The notes beneath the pieces were generated by a model, which searched no databases, was not told the origin of the DNA, and was given only the letters and a program-made list of their open reading frames with translations. The position numbers were made by a program, and so were the translations under genes. From assembly GCA_002694465.1 (NCBI GenBank), contig NZMG01000030.1, forward strand, positions 3,488 to 67,487: a stretch of DNA of 64,000 bases, in the 5' to 3' direction. Origin of the DNA: Flavobacteriaceae bacterium (GTDB lineage: Bacteria > Bacteroidota > Bacteroidia > Flavobacteriales > Flavobacteriaceae). Below are positions 26,308-35,583 of the stretch, in pieces; position 1 is the first letter of the stretch; each line of letters begins with the position of its first letter.

Positions 26308-28881
26308 ATGAAAAAATTACTCTACCTGCTTGCATTTCTTACGGTGAGCATTGCAGGAGCTCAGGATTATACACAGGTAATCCAATCGTACTTAAACAAT
26401 AATCGAGCACAGTTAGGCTTGACCGCTGGAGATGTGGAACAGGTAACTGTTTATTCTCAAAGTTTTTCAAAAAGCATGAACGTAAATAATGTTTATGCGG
26501 GTCAAACCATTAATGGAATTGACGTATTCAATTCTGTTTCTAGTTTTGCAATTAAAGCTGGATTAGTTGTAAACGCAAATGTTTCTTTTATTGATGATGC
26601 GTCATCAAAAGTGAACGCTTCAACTCCATCCATTACTGCCGAGGCAGCAATTACAAGAGCCGCGCAGAATTTGGGGATTAACTCTCCTTCACAGCTGGAG
26701 CTTATTGATAATAATGGATTAAATTATTTGTTCAATAACGGAAATATTTCTTTAAATGAAATTCCAGTAAAACTTGTCTATCAACCCATGCCAGACCAAA
26801 CATTGCGTTTATCTTGGGATTTAAGTATTTACCTTTTAGATGCAAGCCACTATTACAGTGTTAGAATTGATGCATTATCTGGTGAACTTATTGATACTAT
26901 AGACTGGGTTGTAAATTGTGACTTTGGTGCTGGTAGTCATGGGCACAAAGTTGAGCACAGCATTTTATTTAAAAATGAAAACGAATTTTCTATTGGTGGG
27001 GCTCAGTATAGAGTTTTCCCAATACCATTTAGTAATCCTTTAGATGGAGCAGATGTAATTGTAACTAGTCCAGAGGATGCTACTGCATCTCCATTTGGAT
27101 GGCACGATACAGATGGTGCTGGAGGAGCAGAATTTACTATTACAAGAGGAAACAACGTTTGGGCTATGGAAGACCAAAACGGGAATAATGGTACTGGAGC
27201 ATCTCCAGATGGAGGAGCAACATTAAATTTTGACTTTCCATTCGGGCTACCTCAACCTCCTGCCAATTATGTGGATGCTTCAACAGTAAATTTATTTTAT
27301 TGGAATAACATTATCCACGATGTTTTGTATCAATATGGTTTTGACGAAGAAAGTGGAAACTTTCAAGAAAATAATTATGGTAATCCAGGAAATGATGGTG
27401 ATGGGGTGTATGCAGATACACAAGATGGTTCTGGAACAAATAACGCAAACTTTTCAACCCCTCCAGATGGTAGTAACCCAAGAATGCAAATGTTTATTTG
27501 GGATGGCGGAGGCGCTGGACCTGTAGATATTCTTACCATAAATAATGGACCTTTAGCTGGAGTATACCAAGGTGTGCCAGCTGGTTTTGGAGGAGAAATT
27601 CCTTTCCCACCTCTCACAGAAGATTTAGTTGTTGTTGAAGATGATGACTCTGGAGTCTCAACAGACCCTAATGATGCTTGTGATCCTATTACTAATGGAG
27701 GAGCATTAAGTGGAAAAATTGCTGTAATTAGAAGAGGTGAATGTGAATTTGGGTTTAAGGGACTTGCTGCTCAAAATGAAGGTGCAGTGGCAGTTATTAT
27801 GGTTAATAATGTAGCTGGCCCTCCAATTGTTATGGGAGCAGGAGCTGTTGGAGCCTCTGTTACCATTCCAATGTTTATGGTTTCAGATGTTGACGGCGAA
27901 GCAATTATAGCTGAAGCACTTTTAAATACTGTAAACGGAACTATCTCAGGAGAAAATATTCCTCCAGACTTAGATAGCTCTCTTGACAATGAAATTGTTG
28001 TTCACGAATATGGTCATGGTGTTTCTAATCGTTTAACAGGTGGGCCTAACAATACCAGTTGTTTAAATAATCAAGAACAAATGGGTGAAGGATGGAGTGA
28101 TTATTTAGGATTAATGTTAACCATGCAAACAGGTGATCAAGCAGAAGATGTTAGAGGTTTAGCAGCATATGCTTCTAGTAATCCAAATGGAATAAGAGAG
28201 GCTCCCTATAGCACAGACTTTGGAGTAAATGATTATACCTATGCCGATGTAAATGGAAATGTATCCGTTCCACATGGTGTAGGATTTGTATGGGCAACAA
28301 TGCTATGGGAAATGACTTGGGATTTAATTGACCAATACGGTTTTGATGCTGATATTTATAATGGCACAGGAGGAAATAATATCGCTCTTCAATTAGTAAT
28401 GGATGGTATGAAATTACAAGCTTGTAACCCTGGATTTATAGATGGTAGAGATGCTATTTTACAAGCAGATGCTTTGGCAAATGCTGGAGCAAATTGCGAA
28501 ATTATCTGGGCAGCATTCGCTCGAAGAGGACTTGGTTTTAGTGCAAGCCAAGGATCATCAGGTTCAACAACAGATGGTGTAGAAGCTTTTGATTTACCAC
28601 CAGCTGGAACTTGTTTACTAGGTATCGCCGATGCTAATTTTGACAGTAACTTTAATGTGTACCCTAATCCATCAAGTGGACAGATAAACATTGCGTCAAA
28701 AATTAGTTTAGGTGAAACTACTGTAACTATTGTGGATATGAACGGTAGAACCGTTTATTCACAAAAAGTAAACTTAGGAACGCTAACAACGTTAGATGCT
28801 TCTAAATTAACTACTGGAATTTATCTAGTTAATATTGAAGGAGATACTTATACTCATACTTCAAAATTAATTATGAAATAA
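26308..28881 (+). CDS. M36 (fungalysin) metallopeptidase with PA domain and T9SS type A CTD
   Basis: HEYGH zincin motif, MGEGWSDY, PHGVGFVWA, PA domain GKIAVIRRGECEFG, C-terminal VYPNPS...KLIMK. Confidence 0.95.
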   Translation: MKKLLYLLAFLTVSIAGAQDYTQVIQSYLNNNRAQLGLTAGDVEQVTVYSQSFSKSMNVNNVYAGQTINGIDVFNSVSSFAIKAGLVVNANVSFIDDASSKVNASTPSITAEAAITRAAQNLGINSPSQLELIDNNGLNYLFNNGNISLNEIPVKLVYQPMPDQTLRLSWDLSIYLLDASHYYSVRIDALSGELIDTIDWVVNCDFGAGSHGHKVEHSILFKNENEFSIGGAQYRVFPIPFSNPLDGADVIVTSPEDATASPFGWHDTDGAGGAEFTITRGNNVWAMEDQNGNNGTGASPDGGATLNFDFPFGLPQPPANYVDASTVNLFYWNNIIHDVLYQYGFDEESGNFQENNYGNPGNDGDGVYADTQDGSGTNNANFSTPPDGSNPRMQMFIWDGGGAGPVDILTINNGPLAGVYQGVPAGFGGEIPFPPLTEDLVVVEDDDSGVSTDPNDACDPITNGGALSGKIAVIRRGECEFGFKGLAAQNEGAVAVIMVNNVAGPPIVMGAGAVGASVTIPMFMVSDVDGEAIIAEALLNTVNGTISGENIPPDLDSSLDNEIVVHEYGHGVSNRLTGGPNNTSCLNNQEQMGEGWSDYLGLMLTMQTGDQAEDVRGLAAYASSNPNGIREAPYSTDFGVNDYTYADVNGNVSVPHGVGFVWATMLWEMTWDLIDQYGFDADIYNGTGGNNIALQLVMDGMKLQACNPGFIDGRDAILQADALANAGANCEIIWAAFARRGLGFSASQGSSGSTTDGVEAFDLPPAGTCLLGIADANFDSNFNVYPNPSSGQINIASKISLGETTVTIVDMNGRTVYSQKVNLGTLTTLDASKLTTGIYLVNIEGDTYTHTSKLIMK

Positions 28882-28900
28882 TAATAGAATACTTATTTTT

Positions 28901-28940
28901 AAATGGGCTTTTCAATTTAATTGAAAAGCCCATTTTTTTT
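28901..28940. terminator. Bidirectional terminator
   Basis: aaatgggcttttcaa-tttaa-ttgaaaagcccattt, 15-bp perfect stem. Confidence 0.9.
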
Positions 28941-30711
28941 AAAGATATTTTTCGAGTGTGTTATTTATTTTTTCTGAAGAAATTCCTGCTAAATCTTGAA
29001 GTTGTTCTACCGTTCCGTGTTCTGGAAAAATATCAGGAATCCCTATAATCTCAATAGTAGATGTATAATTATTCTCTGATGCAAACTCTAAAACAGCACT
29101 TCCAAAACCTCCTTTTTTATTACCATCTTCAACTGTAATAATAGTTGTGTATTTTTTGAAAACACTATGTAATAATCCTTCATCTAATGGTTTTACAAAC
29201 CGCAAATCATAATGTGCAATCAGATTAGGATTGCTTGTATGTAAAATAGCTTCAGTGCAATTATTGGCTATCGTTCCAATAGATAGAACAGCAATTTTTG
29301 AACCCTCCTTTAGACAGACACCTTTGGCTATTTCAATTTTGGAAAAGGGTTTCTTCCAATCTATTATATTTCCTCTCCCACGTGGGTATCTGATGGCTAT
29401 TGGATTGTCTAAACCCAATTGAGCTGTATATAAAATATTTTGAAGTTCTTCTTCATTCCTTGGGGCAAATACAATTAAATTTGGAATACAGCGTAAATAC
29501 GCTAAATCAAAGATACCATGGTGTGTAGCACCATCTTCTCCAACAATCCCAGCTCTGTCTAAGCAAAATATGACTGGAAGCTTCTGCAAACAAACATCAT
29601 GAATTAACTGGTCAAATGCCCGTTGTAAAAAAGTAGAATATATATTGCAAAAGACAATCATTCCTTGAGTAGCAAGTCCTGCTGCTAATGTTACCGCATG
29701 TTGTTCTGCAATGCCTACATCAAATGCTCGTTTGGGATAGGTATCCATCATATATTTTAGGGAGCTTCCAGTTGGCATAGCGGGAGTTATGGCAACGATT
29801 CTTTCATTATCTGATGCCAACTCTACCAAGGTTTTTCCAAATACATCTTGAAATTTTGGAGGTTGCATTTCTTTACTTTTTGGAATCAAATCACCCGTAT
29901 CTGCATTAAATTTTCCTGGTGCATGATAGGTAACTTGATCTTCCTCCGCTTGACGAAGTCCTTTTCCTTTTGTCGTTATCACGTGCAAAATTTTTGGGCC
30001 AGGGACATTTTTTAATCTCTTTAATTCAGGAATTAACTTGTCTAAATCATGACCATCAATAGGACCAGAATAATTAAAATTTAATGCTTCAAAAATATTG
30101 TCACTTTCGGGAATGGTGTCTAAGGTAACCTTTGTTAAATACTCTTTTAATGCACCTACACTTGGATCAATTCCTATGGCATTATCATTTAAAATTACTA
30201 ATAAGTTAGTGTTGGTTACTCCGGCATGATTCAACGCTTCAAAGGCCATTCCGCTAGCAATTGAAGCATCACCAACTACGGCAATATGTTGTTTTTTAGA
30301 ATCTCCTTTCAGCTGAGCGGCGATTGCCATCCCCAATGTCGCTGAAATGGCTGTGCTACTATGACCCACCCCAAAAGGATCGTAAATGCTTTCGGTTCTT
30401 TTAGGAAAACCACTAATGCCGCCTAATTGTCTATTAGTGTGAAAAATATCTTTTCTGCCAGTTAATATCTTATGTCCGTAAGCTTGATGACCTACATCCC
30501 AAACTAAGACATCATTAGGGGTATCAAAAGTATAATGTAGTGCAATTGTTAGTTCTACAACACCCAAACTAGCACCAAGATGTCCTTCTTTGGTGGCTAC
30601 GATATTTATAATAAAATCACGTAATTCCTGTGCAAGATGAGGTAGTTGATCTGCAGAAAGCTTCCGAAGATCTTTAGGAAATTGAATTGTATCTAGTAAT
30701 TTTTTTTGCAC
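28939..30711 (-). CDS. dxs: 1-deoxy-D-xylulose-5-phosphate synthase
   Basis: GHLGASLGVVEL, WDVGHQAYGHK, GDASIASGMAFEALN, DVGIAEQHAV; GTG start. Confidence 0.97.
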   Translation of the reverse strand: MQKKLLDTIQFPKDLRKLSADQLPHLAQELRDFIINIVATKEGHLGASLGVVELTIALHYTFDTPNDVLVWDVGHQAYGHKILTGRKDIFHTNRQLGGISGFPKRTESIYDPFGVGHSSTAISATLGMAIAAQLKGDSKKQHIAVVGDASIASGMAFEALNHAGVTNTNLLVILNDNAIGIDPSVGALKEYLTKVTLDTIPESDNIFEALNFNYSGPIDGHDLDKLIPELKRLKNVPGPKILHVITTKGKGLRQAEEDQVTYHAPGKFNADTGDLIPKSKEMQPPKFQDVFGKTLVELASDNERIVAITPAMPTGSSLKYMMDTYPKRAFDVGIAEQHAVTLAAGLATQGMIVFCNIYSTFLQRAFDQLIHDVCLQKLPVIFCLDRAGIVGEDGATHHGIFDLAYLRCIPNLIVFAPRNEEELQNILYTAQLGLDNPIAIRYPRGRGNIIDWKKPFSKIEIAKGVCLKEGSKIAVLSIGTIANNCTEAILHTSNPNLIAHYDLRFVKPLDEGLLHSVFKKYTTIITVEDGNKKGGFGSAVLEFASENNYTSTIEIIGIPDIFPEHGTVEQLQDLAGISSEKINNTLEKYL

Positions 30712-30790
30712 GAAGCAAAGATACAGTTATTCCCACTTTTTAATCATCAAGACTTTTTGAATTTGTATTTTTGAATATCTATTTTAAATT

Positions 30791-31240
30791 ATGTTACAGC
30801 CATTCGACGATGCCTATTTTATGAAAAAAGCTTTGCATGAAGCTGAAGCTGCTTTTGAAAAGGGTGAAGTTCCCATAGGTGCTGTGGTGGTTTGTAAAAA
30901 TCAGATTATTGCTCGTGCCCATAATCTTACCGAAGCGCTAAACGATGTAACGGCACATGCCGAAATGCAAGCCATTACTGCAGCAGCAAATTTTTTAGGA
31001 GGAAAATATTTAAAAGATTGTACCCTTTACGTAACGCTTGAGCCTTGCCAAATGTGCGCTGGTGCTTTGTTTTGGAGTCAGATAACTAAAGTGGTTTTTG
31101 GTGCTCGTGATACTGAGAGAGGGTGTATTGCATTAAAGACGAAACTTCATCCAAAAACTGAAATGATAGGAGGTGTGATGAAAGAGGAGACCTCGCATTT
31201 ATTGAAACGTTTTTTTATTGAGAAAAGAAATTTAAATTAA
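30791..31240 (+). CDS. tadA: Nucleoside deaminase, tRNA adenosine deaminase-like
   Basis: GEVPIGAVVV, TAHAEMQAI, TLEPCQMCAGAL. Confidence 0.88.
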   Translation: MLQPFDDAYFMKKALHEAEAAFEKGEVPIGAVVVCKNQIIARAHNLTEALNDVTAHAEMQAITAAANFLGGKYLKDCTLYVTLEPCQMCAGALFWSQITKVVFGARDTERGCIALKTKLHPKTEMIGGVMKEETSHLLKRFFIEKRNLN

Positions 31241-31273
31241 AAAAACCCTCCGAAGCTATACTCGGGAGGGTTT
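31239..31273. terminator. Terminator between convergent tadA and csp
   Basis: aaaccctccga-agctatac-tcgggagggttt stem with an A run on the left. Confidence 0.75.
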
Positions 31274-31299
31274 CAAATTCGGTTAGTTACAAATATATC

Positions 31300-31497
31300 T
31301 TAGTCGTGGATAACGCGAACTTTTGCTGCTACCACTCCTTTTCTTCCTTCTTCTTCTTCATATTCTACTTTGTCTCCTTCGTTAAGGGCTTCGCCATTAA
31401 GTCCGGTTACATGTACGAAAATGTCTTTTCCGGTCTCATCGTTGGTGATGAATCCGTAACCTTTTGATTCGTTAAAAAACTTTACTGTTCCTTCCAT
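31300..31497 (-). CDS. Cold-shock protein (CspA family)
   Basis: GTVKFFNESKGYGFI and DIFVHVTGL RNP motifs. Confidence 0.95.
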   Translation of the reverse strand: MEGTVKFFNESKGYGFITNDETGKDIFVHVTGLNGEALNEGDKVEYEEEEGRKGVVAAKVRVIHD

Positions 31498-31594
31498 TGT
31501 AATAAAAAAATAAATTAATAATATCCCAAAGGTAGTATAATTATGGACTCGAAAATGAAGAAATTATCAAATTTTTTTTAAAATAATACCTGAT

Positions 31595-31840
31595 TTATAG
31601 CTTTTTGTCTTTACTATATGCTTGCATTTTCTCAATATTTTCCTTGGTAAGCATGTAGTCTTTTACATTTTTATTCTTCCAACGATGGTAGACAAACAAA
31701 GGCATAAGGACTAAAAATAATCCAGAAACAGAAAGCCCAATGAGTAAATTACCCGTTTTTGGATCATCTGGTTTAACATAGTAACCCGTAATTAAGGCAA
31801 CTACTATGGCAATAAATAATATGATTAAGAAGTATTTCAT
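31595..31840 (-). CDS. Small two-TM hypothetical membrane protein
   Basis: 81 aa with two hydrophobic helices; abuts the ClC stop codon. Confidence 0.75.
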   Translation of the reverse strand: MKYFLIILFIAIVVALITGYYVKPDDPKTGNLLIGLSVSGLFLVLMPLFVYHRWKNKNVKDYMLTKENIEKMQAYSKDKKL

Positions 31841-33634
31841 CTATTTTCCTGAAAAATCTATTAATTTTCTTCGGTAGGCAGTTAGAAGTTTTGATTTTGA
31901 TACAAATCCAAAATAACAATTTTGAGAAACAACTGGCAAATTCCATGCTCCCGAATCTTGAAATTTTTTCATAACATCAGTCATTTTATCCTTTTCTAAA
32001 TCAATAATTGCCAATGGGTTTTGCATAACATCTCTCGCAGTAACTTCAGCATATAAACTTTGATCAAACATAACAGGGCGTAGGTCATCTAGTAGTATTA
32101 TTCCTTCCAGAGTATTGGTTTCGGGATGGACCACAGGGAAAATGTTTCGGTTAGATTTTACTACTGCTTTATGTACAATATCTCCGAGAGTCATTTCTGG
32201 ATTAATAGAAATAAAATTTTGCTCCACGACAGATTGAATATCCATTAATGTGAGTACAGCATGGTCTTTATTGTGTGTAATAAGCTCCCCTTTTCGTCCT
32301 AACTCCATGGTATAAACCGAATGAGGATGGAAGTATTTTGTTATAGAAAAAGAGATGGCCGCCGTAATCATTAACGGAATAAAAAGTTCGTATCCACCGG
32401 TTACTTCGGCAATTAAGAAGATTGCGGTTAGGGGCGCGTGAAGTACTCCAGCCATTACACCTGTCATCCCGACTAGGGTGAAATTACTTTCAGAAATATT
32501 AAAAGATAACCCTAATTGGTTCAAAATTTTGGCAACCGTATAGCCCATAATGCTTCCCATAAATAGGGTAGGGGCAAAAATACCTCCAACACCTCCAGCA
32601 CCGAAGGTTAGGGAAGTTGCAATGACTTTAAAGAATACCAATCCACCCAGCAACCCAATCACCGTCCAACTGTTAGATAAATCTAAATCGAGAAAATTAT
32701 TTTGTAATGCGGCTTCTGGGTTTCCTTGTACCAGATTATTCATTATATCGAATCCTTCCCCATATAAAGGTGGGATAAAATAAATGAGTATTCCAATTCC
32801 TAATCCACCAATAATAAGACGCTTTATGGGAGAGGCAATTTTGTCGAAAAATTTCTGAATACGTTCATACATTTCAGTGAAGTAAATAGAGACAAAACCG
32901 GCAACAATACCTAGAATAATATAAAATGGAATATCCTTCAACTCAAAGGAATCTTCAATTGAAAAAGGAAGAAGAATATCATTTCCGAAGAAAAAATAAG
33001 AGGTAATGATAGCTGAAACAGAAGCTAACAGTAAAGGAATTAATGAGGCCAATGTTAAATCTAAACTAAATACTTCTACAGCAAAAATGATAGCTGCAAT
33101 AGGTGCTTTAAAAATAGAGGCCATAGCTCCGGCAGCAGCGCAACCTATAAGTAATGTGCGTGTTGACTGATTTAAATGAAGAAATCTTGAAAGGTTGGAG
33201 CTGAACGCTGCACCTGTGGCAACAGTGGGTCCTTCTAGTCCAACAGATCCTCCAAACCCTACCGTAATTGGAGCTGCGATAAGGCTTCCAAACATCTGAA
33301 ACCGTTTCATTATTCCTTTTTTCTTGGAAATGGCAAAAAGCGTAGATGGGATGCCGTGGTTTACTTTATTACGAAGAACATATTTAATATAAAGATAGAC
33401 GATAGTAAACCCAATAATTGGAAAAATAAAATAGAAGGCGGCATGATAATCTTTAACCAACTTTCCTTCCAATAAGGATTGAATAAAATGGGTTAAGTTT
33501 TTGATGATTACTGCACCAATCCCAGCCATAAAACCTACCAAAATGCTTACGATAAAAACAAACTGCTTATGGGATATGTGCTTTAAGCGCCATATCAAAA
33601 AACGAGTAAGCAATGTTTTTCTTTGTGTGGGCAT
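31841..33634 (-). CDS. ClC family chloride channel/antiporter with two CBS domains
   Basis: GGSVGLEGPTV (gating Glu), GGVGGIFAPTLF, HAPLTAIFLIAEVTG, C-terminal CBS pair. Confidence 0.93.
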   Translation of the reverse strand: MPTQRKTLLTRFLIWRLKHISHKQFVFIVSILVGFMAGIGAVIIKNLTHFIQSLLEGKLVKDYHAAFYFIFPIIGFTIVYLYIKYVLRNKVNHGIPSTLFAISKKKGIMKRFQMFGSLIAAPITVGFGGSVGLEGPTVATGAAFSSNLSRFLHLNQSTRTLLIGCAAAGAMASIFKAPIAAIIFAVEVFSLDLTLASLIPLLLASVSAIITSYFFFGNDILLPFSIEDSFELKDIPFYIILGIVAGFVSIYFTEMYERIQKFFDKIASPIKRLIIGGLGIGILIYFIPPLYGEGFDIMNNLVQGNPEAALQNNFLDLDLSNSWTVIGLLGGLVFFKVIATSLTFGAGGVGGIFAPTLFMGSIMGYTVAKILNQLGLSFNISESNFTLVGMTGVMAGVLHAPLTAIFLIAEVTGGYELFIPLMITAAISFSITKYFHPHSVYTMELGRKGELITHNKDHAVLTLMDIQSVVEQNFISINPEMTLGDIVHKAVVKSNRNIFPVVHPETNTLEGIILLDDLRPVMFDQSLYAEVTARDVMQNPLAIIDLEKDKMTDVMKKFQDSGAWNLPVVSQNCYFGFVSKSKLLTAYRRKLIDFSGK

Positions 33635-33668
33635 ACAAAAAAATCCTGCCGTAACAGGATTTAAAAAC

Positions 33669-35423
33669 TTAGGGTTTTAATACTACTTTTAAATTTAATT
33701 CATCTAATTGATCTTTATCTATAACCGCAGGTGCATCTATCATGACATCTCGACCTGCATTGTTTTTAGGAAATGCAATAAAATCGCGAATAGTTTCCTG
33801 TCCGCCTAAAATGGCAACCAATCTATCCAATCCAAACGCGATTCCACCGTGAGGAGGGGCACCATATTGAAAGGCATCCATTAAAAAACCAAATTGTGAT
33901 TTTGCTTCTTCAGGAGTAAAGCCTAAATAGTCAAACATTTTTGATTGGATTCCTTTATCGTGAATACGAATAGATCCTCCTCCAATTTCATTTCCGTTTA
34001 AAACTAAATCGTACGCATTTGCCTTTACATCCCCCGGATTGGTTTTTAATAACTCCATTTGCCCTGGCTTTGGAGAAGTAAAGGGATGGTGCATGGCATG
34101 GTAACGCTTTGTGTCTTCATCCCACTCTAACAATGGAAAGTCGACAACCCAAAGGGGAGCAAATTCTGTGTTTTTACGAAGCCCTAGTCGTTCTGCAAGG
34201 TGCATTCGTAAAGCACTTAGCTGAGTTCTTACTTTGTTTGTTTCACCGGAAAGGACACAAATGAGATCGCCAGGTTTTGCTCCTGTTGTTTCGGCCCATT
34301 TTGCTAAATCTTCTTCGGTATAAAATTTATCTACGGAAGATTTAAAAGTACCGTCATCATTATAACGACAATAGACCATTCCCATAGCGCCAATTTGTGG
34401 CCGTTTTATCCAGTCTATTAGGTTATCTATTTCTTTTCGAGTAAAAGAATTACCGCCCGGAACTGAGATTCCCACCACTAATTCGGCAGTATTAAAGACA
34501 TTAAAGTCTTTATGTTGAGTAACTGCATTTAATTCTCCAAACTCCATTCCAAAACGAATGTCTGGTTTGTCATTTCCATAGCGTTTCATGGCTTCATCAT
34601 ATGTCATTCTTGGAAAATCCCCAATGTTAACACCATTAATTTCTTTTAGTAAATGTCGTGTTAACCCTTCAAATGTATTCAGGATATCTTCTTGTTCCAC
34701 AAATGCCATTTCACAGTCTATTTGGGTAAATTCTGGCTGTCTATCGGCACGTAAATCTTCATCGCGGAAGCATTTAACAATTTGAAAATATTTATCCATT
34801 CCTCCCACCATTAATAATTGTTTAAAGGTTTGGGGAGATTGAGGTAGCGCATAAAATTGACCGGCGTTCATTCGGCTTGGAACGACAAAATCACGAGCCC
34901 CTTCAGGGGTTGATTTTATAAGGTAAGGAGTTTCAACTTCTACAAAATTCTTAGCAGAAAGATAATTTCTAACTGCCATAGTCACTTTATGACGAAAAAT
35001 TAAATTCTCGCGAACAGGTTTACGACGAATATCAAGATAGCGATATTTCATGCGTAAGTCTTCTCCACCATCGGTTTCATCTTCAATAGTAAAAGGAGGT
35101 GTTAGTGAATTATTTAAAATAGTAAGTTTGGAAACTAATATTTCAATATCTCCTGTAGGTATATTTGGATTTTTAGATTCGCGTTCTATCACCTTTCCAG
35201 TGACTTGAATTACAAATTCACGCCCAAGTTTGGAAGCAACTTCCATAACTTCTTTAGGAGTTCTTTCTTCATCAAAAATTAATTGGGTAATCCCATAACG
35301 ATCACGAAGATCGACCCAGATCATAAATCCTTTATTACGTAATTTTTGCACCCACCCAGATAGGGTAACGGTTTCGTTAATATTAATTTTTGTTATCTCC
35401 CCGTTGCTATGTGTTCTATACAT
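33669..35423 (-). CDS. aspS: Aspartate--tRNA ligase
   Basis: [59 protein letters not shown]. Start reassigned to MYRTH (35423). Confidence 0.97.
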   Translation of the reverse strand: MYRTHSNGEITKININETVTLSGWVQKLRNKGFMIWVDLRDRYGITQLIFDEERTPKEVMEVASKLGREFVIQVTGKVIERESKNPNIPTGDIEILVSKLTILNNSLTPPFTIEDETDGGEDLRMKYRYLDIRRKPVRENLIFRHKVTMAVRNYLSAKNFVEVETPYLIKSTPEGARDFVVPSRMNAGQFYALPQSPQTFKQLLMVGGMDKYFQIVKCFRDEDLRADRQPEFTQIDCEMAFVEQEDILNTFEGLTRHLLKEINGVNIGDFPRMTYDEAMKRYGNDKPDIRFGMEFGELNAVTQHKDFNVFNTAELVVGISVPGGNSFTRKEIDNLIDWIKRPQIGAMGMVYCRYNDDGTFKSSVDKFYTEEDLAKWAETTGAKPGDLICVLSGETNKVRTQLSALRMHLAERLGLRKNTEFAPLWVVDFPLLEWDEDTKRYHAMHHPFTSPKPGQMELLKTNPGDVKANAYDLVLNGNEIGGGSIRIHDKGIQSKMFDYLGFTPEEAKSQFGFLMDAFQYGAPPHGGIAFGLDRLVAILGGQETIRDFIAFPKNNAGRDVMIDAPAVIDKDQLDELNLKVVLKP

Positions 35424-35583
35424 GATTTTAAAAATAAAGTGCAAAGGTAATAAGAAGTTAAGATAGAGATTGCAATTTTTTAAGGTATCTCAATTGTTTG
35501 CATTTTATAAATATCGTATCGTAATCGATGAGGATTGATAAATCTTTAGTAACTTAGTTGGATAAAACTCAAAACCAAAAACT